Positions 12,490-24,300 of a stretch of DNA of 64,000 nucleotides are shown in pieces. Below the pieces are notes generated by a model. That model had not been told where the DNA came from and ran no database searches. It was given only the letters and a program-made list of their open reading frames with translations. The stretch is taken from assembly GCA_973851085.1 (NCBI GenBank), contig OZ316775.1, forward strand, positions 10,416,001-10,480,000. The letters run 5' to 3'. Position 1 is the stretch's first letter. Every line of letters starts with the position of its first letter. Position numbers and translations under genes: made by a program. The DNA comes from Ptychomitrium polyphyllum (taxonomy: Eukaryota).

Positions 12490-15400
12490 AGGAGGGTGAG
12501 AAAATTAGACAGTGCCATCAAATGTTACACTACCTTTTATTACTGAATAACATTTGCATTTTCAGCGGCCAATATTCCTTTGTGTAGGATGATTCCTATT
12601 CCTTGGATGCATCCTATCCAAGAAGTGGATGTCCAATTTTTAAAAAGCACTCTATTAAGAGCTATACAAATGAAGACAACTCATTATACATTTCCATTTA
12701 CAATAACAAGGAGAATTCTATCACAATAACCAAGGATCACAAGTCTACTTGGACCAAGTACTAGTGTGTCATCAATGCAGAGTTTGAGGAGCCATTGGAT
12801 TCAAATTCCATGTATAGCAGTCTCCGCAGGAAGATGTTTTACATCTGAGATGCCAACTATTGCTTCTTTGCTGGCTGGCAGTCGATTTGCATGAGCCATT
12901 CAAATGAGTAGAGGTGGCACTTTTCAGTCTTGTGTATTGTTGTAGATCTAAAAGATTGCTCATTGATGATTCTTAATTGCATGCACAATATAAATTAATA
13001 CATTTGATTTGTTTCCAATTTTTTGCAACTTATTTTACTTTATCAATTTTGTATCTAAGACTTGCTTCTTTTCAGATTCACTTTGCATGATATTATCAAA
13101 AGCAATCTTCTTGCAAAGCTCCAAAAGATTTGACATACTATAGCAATTTAAAGTTGGAGGATTTTAAGGACCTCATTTTAATTCAAAAATACACAACTTG
13201 TCAAAAGATTAAACAAAGCAAACTAACATGGTTTCCTTTTATATGTAATTTTTTTATTGCTTTTCAATAGTAGATGAATATTTTTAAATACCTAGTATGT
13301 TGTTTCTTTATTGACTTTGACATTTTTATTTTTTATTCATTTTTTATCTTGCATTCAATAGCATAGTTTTAACTTTATAACAAAACATTTTACAAACTTC
13401 CAATAATGTTGCCTTGGAATATTAAAAGAAGATACTAAAAGAAAAAAAGTCTACAAAGGAAATTTAGCAAGCTATAACAACTACTGCCAAAAAATCTATC
13501 AAGTCCATTAAGGCAAAGGATTTCCTTAAGTACCTTGCAATTGGCAATCTAAAAAATGATAAAAACTTCTTTTCTAAATTATACTATTTTTTTTTTTGTT
13601 GGTATATTTTTTATGTTTTTTTATATTTTTCTCTTCCTTCCTTTTGTATTGCATATTAATTATCACTTCATCCATTTTGAGAAGTTAGAAATGATGATTG
13701 AAAAATTGCAAAAGATAGCCACTTTTGCAATGTTGATAAAATACAAAGCCAAATGGCTATATTGGTAGAATTATGGCTCCATGCTTCAAGCAGCATTATG
13801 GTTTCTAATTGGAAATGTCAAAGAAAGCATCTTAAATGCTAAATTGAGCAAAAAAAAAATTCAGGCCCAAATAAATCTTATTATTAACTCTTTTTAATTC
13901 TTATTTTTAACTTCTTTAAATTCTTATATTTTCTTCATTAATTTTGCAAATTTAACTTTTGATGTTTTCTTTCTTTAGCTAAAAGACTATATTCTTAGCC
14001 ACTTTAGAGAAGTCCAAAATAGAGTCCTTATCATCAATTAGGCGGCTTCTCAAAAGATTTTGAAACTAGCTAGCTACATGGAGAAGTGGCGTATTTTATT
14101 GTGGAAGAAGACATTTCTATATTTTTGCTATTAAAGCATTGAATTGATGTTTTTGAAAACTTCCATCTTTGAAGAATCTTTTTAAACTAAATTGGTTGGT
14201 AAAAAGTAATCTATAGGTTAATTTTTTCTTATTTATCTTTATATTTTCTACATCTTAATTTTGGATTTTTATAGAGTTTTTTATTAAAGATGTGTTTTTT
14301 TTCTTTTGAAGATATTTCATGCGCAAACTTGTAAAAAAGGGCGCACTTGTGTAATACAAAGTGCTTCTATTTTTGACTGAGTAGATACAAGCTTCCTCTA
14401 ACATGTGCATTTTTAGTGCCAATTAATTAAAGAAGTTCCCACACCCATATTTAGAGGCAACAAGGTGGTATTTAGAATATCTTCTAAAATTTACGCCTAA
14501 TGAAGAGATTAGCATGCATAGTTTACTTGATGGTAATGTTCTTATTTTCATAGATTCCAATGATGTGATTGATGTACTTCCTCTTGAGGTGCCTATCTTT
14601 ATGCTCACTAAAAATGACTCTTCTTCTCACAAAAAGAAATGGATTTTTAAGAAAGCGCGTAAAAAACAACTATGGAAGCTCATGAAAGGATTGTAGTCAA
14701 TGCTACACTTATAAAAGAAGTGGCTCTAATGATAATGACGTCATTATCCACTATTGGTCACAATGTATTTTTGAGTGCAAACCCTTTTTTATCCAATGTC
14801 TTGTAAATTATACAAGAGATTGTATAGAAGAAGAATTGCGTCAAGTGCTTATTTCCTCTACTTTGGCAAATTTGGTCTTTATATTATGGTTCTTCATTAG
14901 AAATTTTTTATTGTTTGTAATCATAGAGACATTTGAGCAGTCCATTTGCCTGAACCATTTGTGAACTCAAATTCAAGAATTCATCACCAAAGTATTATTA
15001 TTCATTTGTTTTTCATTCTTATTTAAAATTTAATTTCTATTAGCTTAGATTTCTTTGATTTTTATACCATTTTAGTTTTTTAGATTGGAAGGAATCAACG
15101 CCGTTGTGTATCATTTAAGCAGTATAAGAACTCTGGCATTGACCTCCACATTGCCAACATTTCCAAAAACTTACTAGTTTTTAGAATCTCCTAACTTCCA
15201 TCTGTGATCCTTAATTGGAATTCACAACCTGTGAGGTATATAGAATCCATTTTTAAGTTTGTTGATGCTTACTTCTATAATTACGCCATAGTGCTTTTTC
15301 TCCATATTAATGACTTTTTGGTCCTCTATGAGATGGAAGTAGCAACCAATTAGTATTCTTCTTGTCAACTTTAAGATTGGTAAAGAATTAATGAGCTATT

Positions 15401-16060
15401 ATTAGCATCCGCAAAAAATCTTTTAAGAAAGGTATGTGATAGACTTATTTCAATTTTACATGCTCTAGCTTGGTTTCTTTAATGCTCTAGCTTGGTTTTT
15501 TTTAATTAACAATTTTTATGCTTTTATATTTAATTTTTTGTTCACAATGATCCAAATCTATTGCAATTCTTCTTACAAGAACATTTGAACCCTGTTGATG
15601 AAGTTCAAAGCTTAAACAAAAATTATTCTTTTTTTAATATGACCACTTTATCTAGCTAACTTATATATGATACTGTACCATAAAAAAGTGCTTATAAGAA
15701 AGATCCAATGTTCATGTAAATATTCATTGAGTAGTTTTTTAAACTTGATGATATAATCCTTGATGAAAGATTTCCACAGGTACATTTTTAAATACTTCTT
15801 TTCCTTTAATTTTTTTCTTATATTTCTTTATTATTGTCATGTCTTTATTTTTTAGCCTTTTTTTATTGTACCTCTTTAGGAACTTATATTTTTGCTTGCA
15901 AAACCACAAGCCAACACATTTTTACTTTTGAAGATGACTCTACTTATTTTGAAGCCCTCTTCAAGCTCTACTTATAGCTACAAAGAAGAAGAAGACCTTA
16001 AAAAGTTCTTTAGATCAACACCAAAAAAAGTAGCTAAAACACAATTAGATTGCTTATGGA
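12490..16060 (+). pseudogene. Fossil multi-exon gene: ParB/Srx-like N-terminal region plus beta-class DNA amino-methyltransferase (N6_N4_Mtase)-like C-terminal region; boundaries approximate
   Basis: Manual translation through stops. NIPLCRMIPIPWMHPIQEVDV (12571-) then KMFYI*DANYCFFAGW (GAT GCC AAC TAT TGC at 12849-12863 is three point changes from DGNHR). GIDLHIANISKNL...WN...YIESIFKFVDAYFYNYAIVLFLH (15135-15310). VP*KSAYKKDPMFM*IFIE*FFKLDDIILD..ST G| (15675-15779), GT-AG intron 15780-15879, then |GTYIFACKTTSQHIFTFEDDSTYFEALFK. Confidence 0.6.
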
Positions 16061-16205
16061 TAAGTTTATTTTTGTTTTTTTATTTATTTCATCTTTTTGC
16101 ATTTTATGGCTAATTTATTTTTAAACATTAATTTTTTTTTTTATCTTGTGCAATTTTTTTTGTTTCTTGTCTATTCTTTTGTTCTCTCAACATGTGGATT
16201 TGAGT

Positions 16206-17353
16206 TGTCACGACCCTTGCAATGTACCTTAATAAGCGTGACAAACACCAACCCTGTATACCTCCACATACACATGGTTAACTCCCATTTCTAATCTCCA
16301 AGTTCAAGGCTTGGTTTCTAATTCTTCCTACTCATTTCCCCTAGGACATCTAATTGATAGCCAATACTTAGGTGCAAACTTCCATTCATATCCAAGGCAT
16401 TACTTAGTGTTACTCCCATTTCATACAACCTAACCACACTTAGTAGTTTCTCCTCACCACCACTCATGATCTCCATATGATCCCAAGGTCACCCCGGGCC
16501 ACCATTGTGCCAGATTGGAAACACCACCCCAAACTAATGACACCTTGCGCACACTTTAGAAGTCACTATTTTCCTTCCTGAAAGGGACCATCCACCCGCT
16601 TACAATGGTGTAGGAGTCCCCGTAGTGAAGCCTCAACATTAGCTCCACCTACCGAGACTCTCCCATGGTTACTACTAAGACACTATGGAAGTGGAAAAGA
16701 GGACCAACTTTCCTTTATAGTACTCTCTGTGGGATTCGGCAGGCCCCCTAGCCCTCTGTAGTTGGCCAAATCCCAATACACCGAAAACTTTGGAAGACCA
16801 CCCAATCCCCCTTAGTACTTAACCGATGGGAGCCTTCAGAACTTCTTGCAGACCTTTAGGATCCAATATCTTCCACATTCGGTCTTTGAATCTATTAAGC
16901 AATCACTTTATTGTCATTTTTTTTTTGCGTAGATGTTAATAGACTCCTCAAACGTCCAATTTAAGTTAGTAATCTGGGAAAATATGCCTCTCTCAAGATT
17001 TAAGACTCCTACAGAGTGCCTCCTAGCACTATCCCAATCCAACACAGTTACAGTCTACGATAGCCACACTCCATAACAGCCTGTAGGCATCTCCAACTTT
17101 GGAGTTCTACATTTTCTAACTCTCTTGTCCGATTTGAGCAATCCTTAGTATTCTAGAATGAACTCATCGTGAAGCATTCAATACCTATGACTTATCCCTG
17201 GTGGCTCTTAGTCTTTGTGGCAAGGGCGTCCTTCCTCCTTGAGATCCTTTCCCACACTAGGCCTACTTGGGTCACCTCACCATCGGTATCATAAGTCTCG
17301 GACGTTATTCCAAGGTTCCTTTTATGCCCTTAGTCTTGCGGAGATTCCTTAAG
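16206..17353 (-). mobile_element. LTR copy 4, more diverged and truncated at its right end
   Basis: Starts TGTCACGACCCTTGCAATG, collinear with copies 2 and 3, and stops at ...TTCCTTAAG without the terminal ~15 bp (GAGAGGTGCGCAACA), so no TSD can be tested. Confidence 0.88.
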
Positions 17354-20300
17354 CCTTCTATCTACATTTACACTATGCTAAATAAATGGCAGCAGCATTT
17401 AAACCAATTCCTTCTCTAATCATTTTTCATACCTCTTATTTATATAATATGTGTGCCAATTAATTTCTAGATGTAAAAATTGTTGAAAGTAGTGACAATG
17501 AAGAAAGTAACATTTTTATTTAAGATTAGTCTACTTTATGAATTTAGGAACACCTAGACTTATGATTTTGTTTACTTTAGTTTTGTATGAAGTCTTGCCT
17601 TCAATTTCAAACATGCATAAATCTCTATGTGAGCTAGCCGAGCTCTTTATTGCCAAAGAATGAATTTTTTAAAAGAAACAATGGAATTTTAAAAAATTAA
17701 AAGCTTGATCCTAATTTCTACAAAATTAAAGCTCCAAACAAGTTGATGATATTAAAAATACAAATTTTGAAGAAAAGCCTGGTCAAAAGGAATATATTGT
17801 TGGTATATTATGTTCTACTCTATTTTTGAAGCTACAATTCAAATATTATTTCTTTGATAAGAGTTAGCCTATATTTTCACCTCCTACAAAGATGTTTAGT
17901 ACTTGCATAAGAAAATTCTTATTAACTTTGATGATATGTTTTGGTGAAGTACCTGGTAGTGATGTTGCCAACTTTGAACAAGATGAAAAATCCTTATGAA
18001 TAGGTATTCTATCTTATTGACAATCTAGAACACAACTCTATAAACTTTTGAGAGGTACAAAAATATATCTTATTTCAACTTCCTCTTTGAAGCCAACTTC
18101 AAGATTGAAATTAATTTAATTATAGAGTAAATTTACTTTTAAGCAGAATATGAAGAAAATGCCTTGATAATGAGAGGCTTATGATTTGCTCAGAAGGCAA
18201 AACTTTCACATGGTCTAAAATTTGCTTATGTTGTATTCTCTTATAAATTCTAAGATTTGTGCATCAAACTTGTTTTACTTAAAAGTAGACATTTAAGTTC
18301 CTATTGAATTATGCTTACATTCTTACACCATTTAGTTGGTGGTTTATTCTTAAATACTTTGTAATAGATCAATGGACTCAAAATAAGGTTTAGTATGATA
18401 GTAAATTACACTTGCAAATTTGGAGAAATGGATTTAATTATTGTATTCACTATTTATACACTCTAAAATGCTTTGAATTTGTCTACATTGGATTTTGGAC
18501 CCTTTTTGTTTAATTTTTAGCTTCTTGGAGCCTTATGAATTCAAAACATCAATTTAATGTACCTTACTAGCTTGTTAATAGATTCTGGATCATTTTAATA
18601 TATTCCTAGCATTAAGGTATTGAAAATAATCAAAAATTGTACCTTCATTGCCATTTATTGGAGGGCTTGCAAAGTTGCCAAGTGTGTATAGCAAAGCTTT
18701 ATATATAAAACAATTTATTCTTCAAAAAAATTTATAGGTAATATTTTATCATGTATCACTTTAATGACTAAATCAATATATTAGGTGATATTAAGTTGTA
18801 CAAGGTCAATGAATTCAACTCTTCAAATAGTTGTTGCAACGTGTTTTATTTTTTTAGGACTCCAGTCATCAAATAGTTGTTGTAACAAGTTCCATTTTTA
18901 TTAGACTCTTGTAAATCTATAGTAAACACAACCATGTTCATTGCACATTGTAGTGCAAGAAAGTATGAATGAATGACAACTAGAATTTGCACTTTTATTA
19001 TTGCTATGTCAATTTGTTTTATTGAAGAACAATCTAGGCCATGGTATAGTAAAAAAATACCAATTTTTTGGTGATAAGTAGGCATAAAAAAATAAAAAAG
19101 CTTCAAAAGAGTTTTAACCTTTTTAAATTAGTTTTCACCAAATATTGAACTATGATAAATATTGTGCAAATAAGTTTTTAAGAAATAAGTTTCAAATGAC
19201 TATTTCAATATATAAATTTGAAAACTCAATGTGAAGATAACCAATTGTTGAAACAATCTATTTTAGTTGAATAATTGATTGTGTTAGAGATGAAACAAGG
19301 ATAAGTTTTAATTCTTAAATTTGTAATGAACATGAATAAGTTGTCCACTAGTACATTCATTCATATAAAATAAATATGAAAGCTACAATAAGTTGCAATC
19401 GATTCATGTGAAATAATAGAATTTCTCTAAGGTTTTAGCATTCTATTGGTTCTTATAACCATCCACTAGTTCTTATAACCAAAACCTAGACTTTTTATTC
19501 AATAGAGCTAAGAAACTGTATTAAAACACAAAAGCTAAAATACTTGCATATAGCCATTATAGTTCCTTTTTTTTTTTATCTTTGTTCAAATAGTTCTACA
19601 ATCTAAATTCTTTCTTGATTTTTTATACTTGAATGTATATGTGTGTTGTCTATTGACAATTCCTAGCAATATACTTACTATCCTTGCTACAGATCTCTAT
19701 TAAAGAATCAACTTTGATAATTTTTGATAGAAAGATATATTATTGATTAGAATTGTTATGAGCAATGTCAAACCTATAAAAATCTAAAATTTACAAAAAT
19801 TGCTTGCAATAGAAGTGTTTGGCTCTATAACAAAGTAGAATAAACCAAGAAAGAAATATAAATTGTTCTTCAAGATTTCACAATAATTTAAGGTGGGGCC
19901 TATTAAAACAAGGTTCAACAAAAGCAAGAAATTGTTACATATTTAGAATCCATTGTTAAAATTGTATTTAGCATTGATAAGGAAACAAAATTATAGATGT
20001 CAAATTAAGTATCAAATTATATTTTAGAAATCATTCCATATGTAAATTATAGGATATTTTTTTTCATATTAACTCTTTTTCACATTCATTCAAAGTATAA
20101 ACTATCTGAAGTTTGTTTGTAATAATTATAATTTTCTTACATATTAGATGTTGAATTTGATAAATTGGTATTATTTCAACTTTGTTTATATTTATACTAA
20201 AATTTTGTGCAAATACAATATATTAACAAGTGCTATTGTGTAACATGTGAACCATTTTTGTAAACATAAAAAGGTACTACCGTAATAATTTAGGATTATT

Positions 20301-21301
20301 TTTAATCTTTTCTTATATGAGAAGAAAAGACATCCACAGGAACAAACTAAAAAACATTAAAATTATCAACATAAGAAATTTTAGGTGTATTTTTGGAATT
20401 GCCAATCTAAGAACATAGTCAAATGGGAGAAGACCACTCACAATAATTGGTGCAATGTAAACAACTAACTCATTTACATTCATCTTCAAGTCGCTTCTTC
20501 CATGGGCAAAATGAAACCTTAGAAAAGAACTTGAAATTTTTGACCAAACATATTACTGAAATTTTCTAAATACTGAAATTTTCTAAATATGGCTAGACCT
20601 CTTAATATGGCTAAACCCTCTTCTCCCTTGGGCAACGGGAAGTGAAAGACGGCCCTTAATGCCATGTTTTTTAATCAACAATATAATAGCATGTGAAGAA
20701 GCCACCTTGTGGATTTTGATAATACAGGAGTGCACATTTCTAGAACACTCATATTTATATAAACTTATGCAACAGATATACCCAAATGTTTACACAGTTA
20801 CACCCACATTTACCCTTCTAACTACCAGCAGTTGAATGCTTTTATAGGAGCATACTGTTAGCACAAGTGTCTCGCAGTGTTAAGATCTTGCTTCTGTGTC
20901 CATATCGTCCTTGACATGTTTTGACATTCCAAACTGCACTACACATTGTAACACCACTTTTCAAACAAGAACCGTCAAAAATGCTTGCATCCAACCTCAT
21001 AAATAGCCATCATGTCAAACCTGTAGTTACACCTAAGACTGATTGCAAAGCCACTGAGCTCTGGCATTCTTCAGTAGCCCTAATGAAAACAACATATACA
21101 AGTCCAACTATCCAATTATTCAACAAAGGCTGCGTAATTATTGAAACAGTTGAAAACGAAATAGTACTCAGGCCAAGTATTTAACTACAAGAGAAAAGAT
21201 GTGTACAGTTGCAAACTCTTGGAAGAAAAATCTACCCTAAAGGCAGAATGAAATAAGAATTGTTATGAAACAAAGGTTCTAAAAATACAGGTATGCAGGA
21301 A

Positions 21302-24300
21302 TTAAGGATGACTAGGCCTTCGTTTTCCACCATCAGATCTCGACTTTTTCAACACAGTTACAGCGCCCAATTTCGTATCCGGTTGTAGTGCACTTCGCCT
21401 GCTACTCGCAGGAGCGGCAGCCGGAGCCCGTGACCGTAGGGGTGCTTGTTGGGAACCCCTACTCGCATTCCCAGATGGCCCTACGCTAAAACCCCGAGCA
21501 GTCGTTTCTCTCATCTCCTCAACACTAAACATTAACTGTGAGCTAACTGTTCTACTCCCTGTGTGTTCCCTACCTTTACGTTTCTTCTTATGTATTACAA
21601 GATCCACAGGATGCATTATCCCTTCATCGGACTCCGCTTCCTCTTGCACTAACTCTTTCTCCTTCACACTACTTTTGGCTTTACTCTTTGACTTGCCCTT
21701 CTTATCCTTAGATTTTTCCTTCCCTCCTTTCTTGCCCTTTTTCCCTTCCTGCTTCGGAACGGGTGCTTCCTCCTGTGGTGGAACTGGATGTCGGACTAAT
21801 GATATCCTTGTGGAGCTCCTGGGATTAGAAGGGGGAGTTTCAACGTGTGCTGGTTCAGTAACAGCAGGAGATCTACGAACACCACGTGGACCGGTAACCA
21901 TAGGTGCTTGTAATACACCCCGTGGACCGGTTACTACGGGAATCTGTAATACACCCCGTGAACCAGAAATTGACGGAGCCTGTGGGGGCATTATCGGTGT
22001 ATAACTTCTTACTCGTGCAGAAGAGAAATCAAAATCAGGAAACATGAGTTTCATCCGCGAATCAAACAGTGCTTGTAAACGACGTGCATTGGCTTGAACC
22101 TGCGTGCAAATCCACTCTCCACATGTAAGCTGAAAGCAAGAAGTAATATGAAAGCAGTATGCCGAACATTCCCAAGGAAAATCAAACTGTCAACGTCAAA
22201 AGCCAAGCAAAAGATTAAGTTGAAAGAGCAATTACCTCTGCAGAGGTACTATAATAACGAACTGCATTATCAATCATGAGGTGAACATCTGATGCAAACT
22301 CCAGAACACTTGGGTACTCCAAACGATCCAATTTTTCCTCGATTGCATGAGCATTAATAGGCCGGGCTATAGCTCTATAATAATCAGGCAATTCGCTGCG
22401 CTTTGGTAGCTCCAGGAAGAGCGCCGCTATCTGTCTGCCATCCTTGTTCACTGCTCCATGCAGTTTACTCAGCACGGATTTACACTGCACATACACCAGA
22501 ACGCATTACTATTAAGTACCAAGATGGATATCATAATAAACACACTCCGAACTAAGTAGATGTATCAACGTCGTCTAAACAAACCAACATTGTTAGATAT
22601 TACACCATGACACCAGAATGTTAACCACGTCATGACCTAAAGAGAATATAGAAACGTATTCAGATGACATACCTTCTTTTGCTGTCCCTCAGGCAGACGA
22701 CCTTTATCACCAGTATAACTTCCCAGTAAGCCTGCTTGCATTCTAGCGGTCCTCATCAAATCTGGTTCTGCTACAGGCTCCTGCAATCCATTTGTCCGGC
22801 TGTGCTTGAACACAATGCGAGGCCGTGCTGGTGCTTGATTTTCTGGAACATTGACACTCCTTTTCTTAGCAGCGCCGCCCCAGTGGTCTGTCTTCTCGTA
22901 TGACTGAGCAGGGTCAACTGTTCCAAAGTTTGACCATGGCAGGGATCTCTGCTCGATTCTATTACCGGTGCGGAATGAGGGATGGGCTTCTCTCTCAATG
23001 AAAGACCCATTACTGGTTTCTCTCTCCCCCAGCCCATCTAATTGGGCAGTACGGCGGTGGCTGCGGCTGCGCTTCCTTTTCTTCTGTGGTTGTACGGTAT
23101 AATCTTCTTCGTCCTCTGCTATCTCCTCCGCTTCCCTTCCGTCCATCCAGCTTTCTGATCGCTGATCCGAATCAACTGATGCAGCTATCTCCCCTTCCTC
23201 GAGCTCATCACCCTGCCAATCCAGAAAAGTATCCAACTGTTAAACAAGTATTGCTTCCCAACCCTCCTCTAACGTGAATCTCACACAGAACTATGATGTC
23301 AACTAGGCTCCGTCAAAGGATTACTTGCCATATGATAGCGCCGAAGCTTACAGCACCATAACTGGTCCAAGCATGCAATACAGTCCATGGAATTTTATAA
23401 CATACAAGAAGGCACACCTCTTCAGCTCTACTAGGACGAGACTCCAAAGCCGATAGAGATGCAAATTTCTTAGATTGACTTGTGACAGTCCCTCGTTGGG
23501 GTTTCACTGGAGATATCTCGCCATCGTCAGAAGATACTTCGGGAACTACTTCACCCTCTTCTTCAGCATCTTCTTCCTCTTCTTCCTCTTCATCATCATC
23601 TTCAACTTCCTCAATTACCTGCAGGACATAAAATAAGCACAATGTAAATATCTCTGCTAAAAAACTATATTTTCTGATCTCTCAGAATAACATGGAGAGT
23701 CCTATGTGGAGAAAACACTGAAGCTGTAAACACTAAACAAAACAAAGATGTCCATTCTTGAGTTCATATGAAGTTCCATTTCAGATGATTACCTCTTCAA
23801 TAATCTCTTCCTCTTCCTCTCCATCTTCTGCATCCATCATGGCTGTACAAAAAAAATCAACCAATAGTTTGATAAAAGGACCTTTTTAAAAACATAGCGA
23901 ACCAACATCTTCACAACTTATTCAACTCCTCAACTGTCATACAACTTAATTCTGATGATGTGCCAACATACTACACATCAAAAAAAAAGGAGTAAAACTG
24001 CACCTTCATCCTGATCCACTCTTTCGTCAACACCTCCTTCCTCTTCCTCTTCGTCATCGGCATTTGCAGCAGTTAACACCTCTTCAATAACAGATTCTCG
24101 TTCATCCTCTTCAATTTCTTCAGCTTCCTTTTCGGGATAAAAATCATCGTCTATTTCTACCTCTCGATAATTCTTGTACCTGCTTGTACTCTTTGAGCGT
24201 TTTTCAAGAGCTTTTGCAGCCACAGGACCCTTCGTCACCTGGGAAATCAACTGATCTTCAGCTTCCTGTGTACCCACAGCTCCCAAGAAGCCCTTTTTCA

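Noticed and set aside
1480..20400. Terminal inverted repeats delimiting the MULE/ParB-MTase block
   Set aside because: No convincing inverted termini or TSD could be found by eye in the decayed AT-rich flanks.
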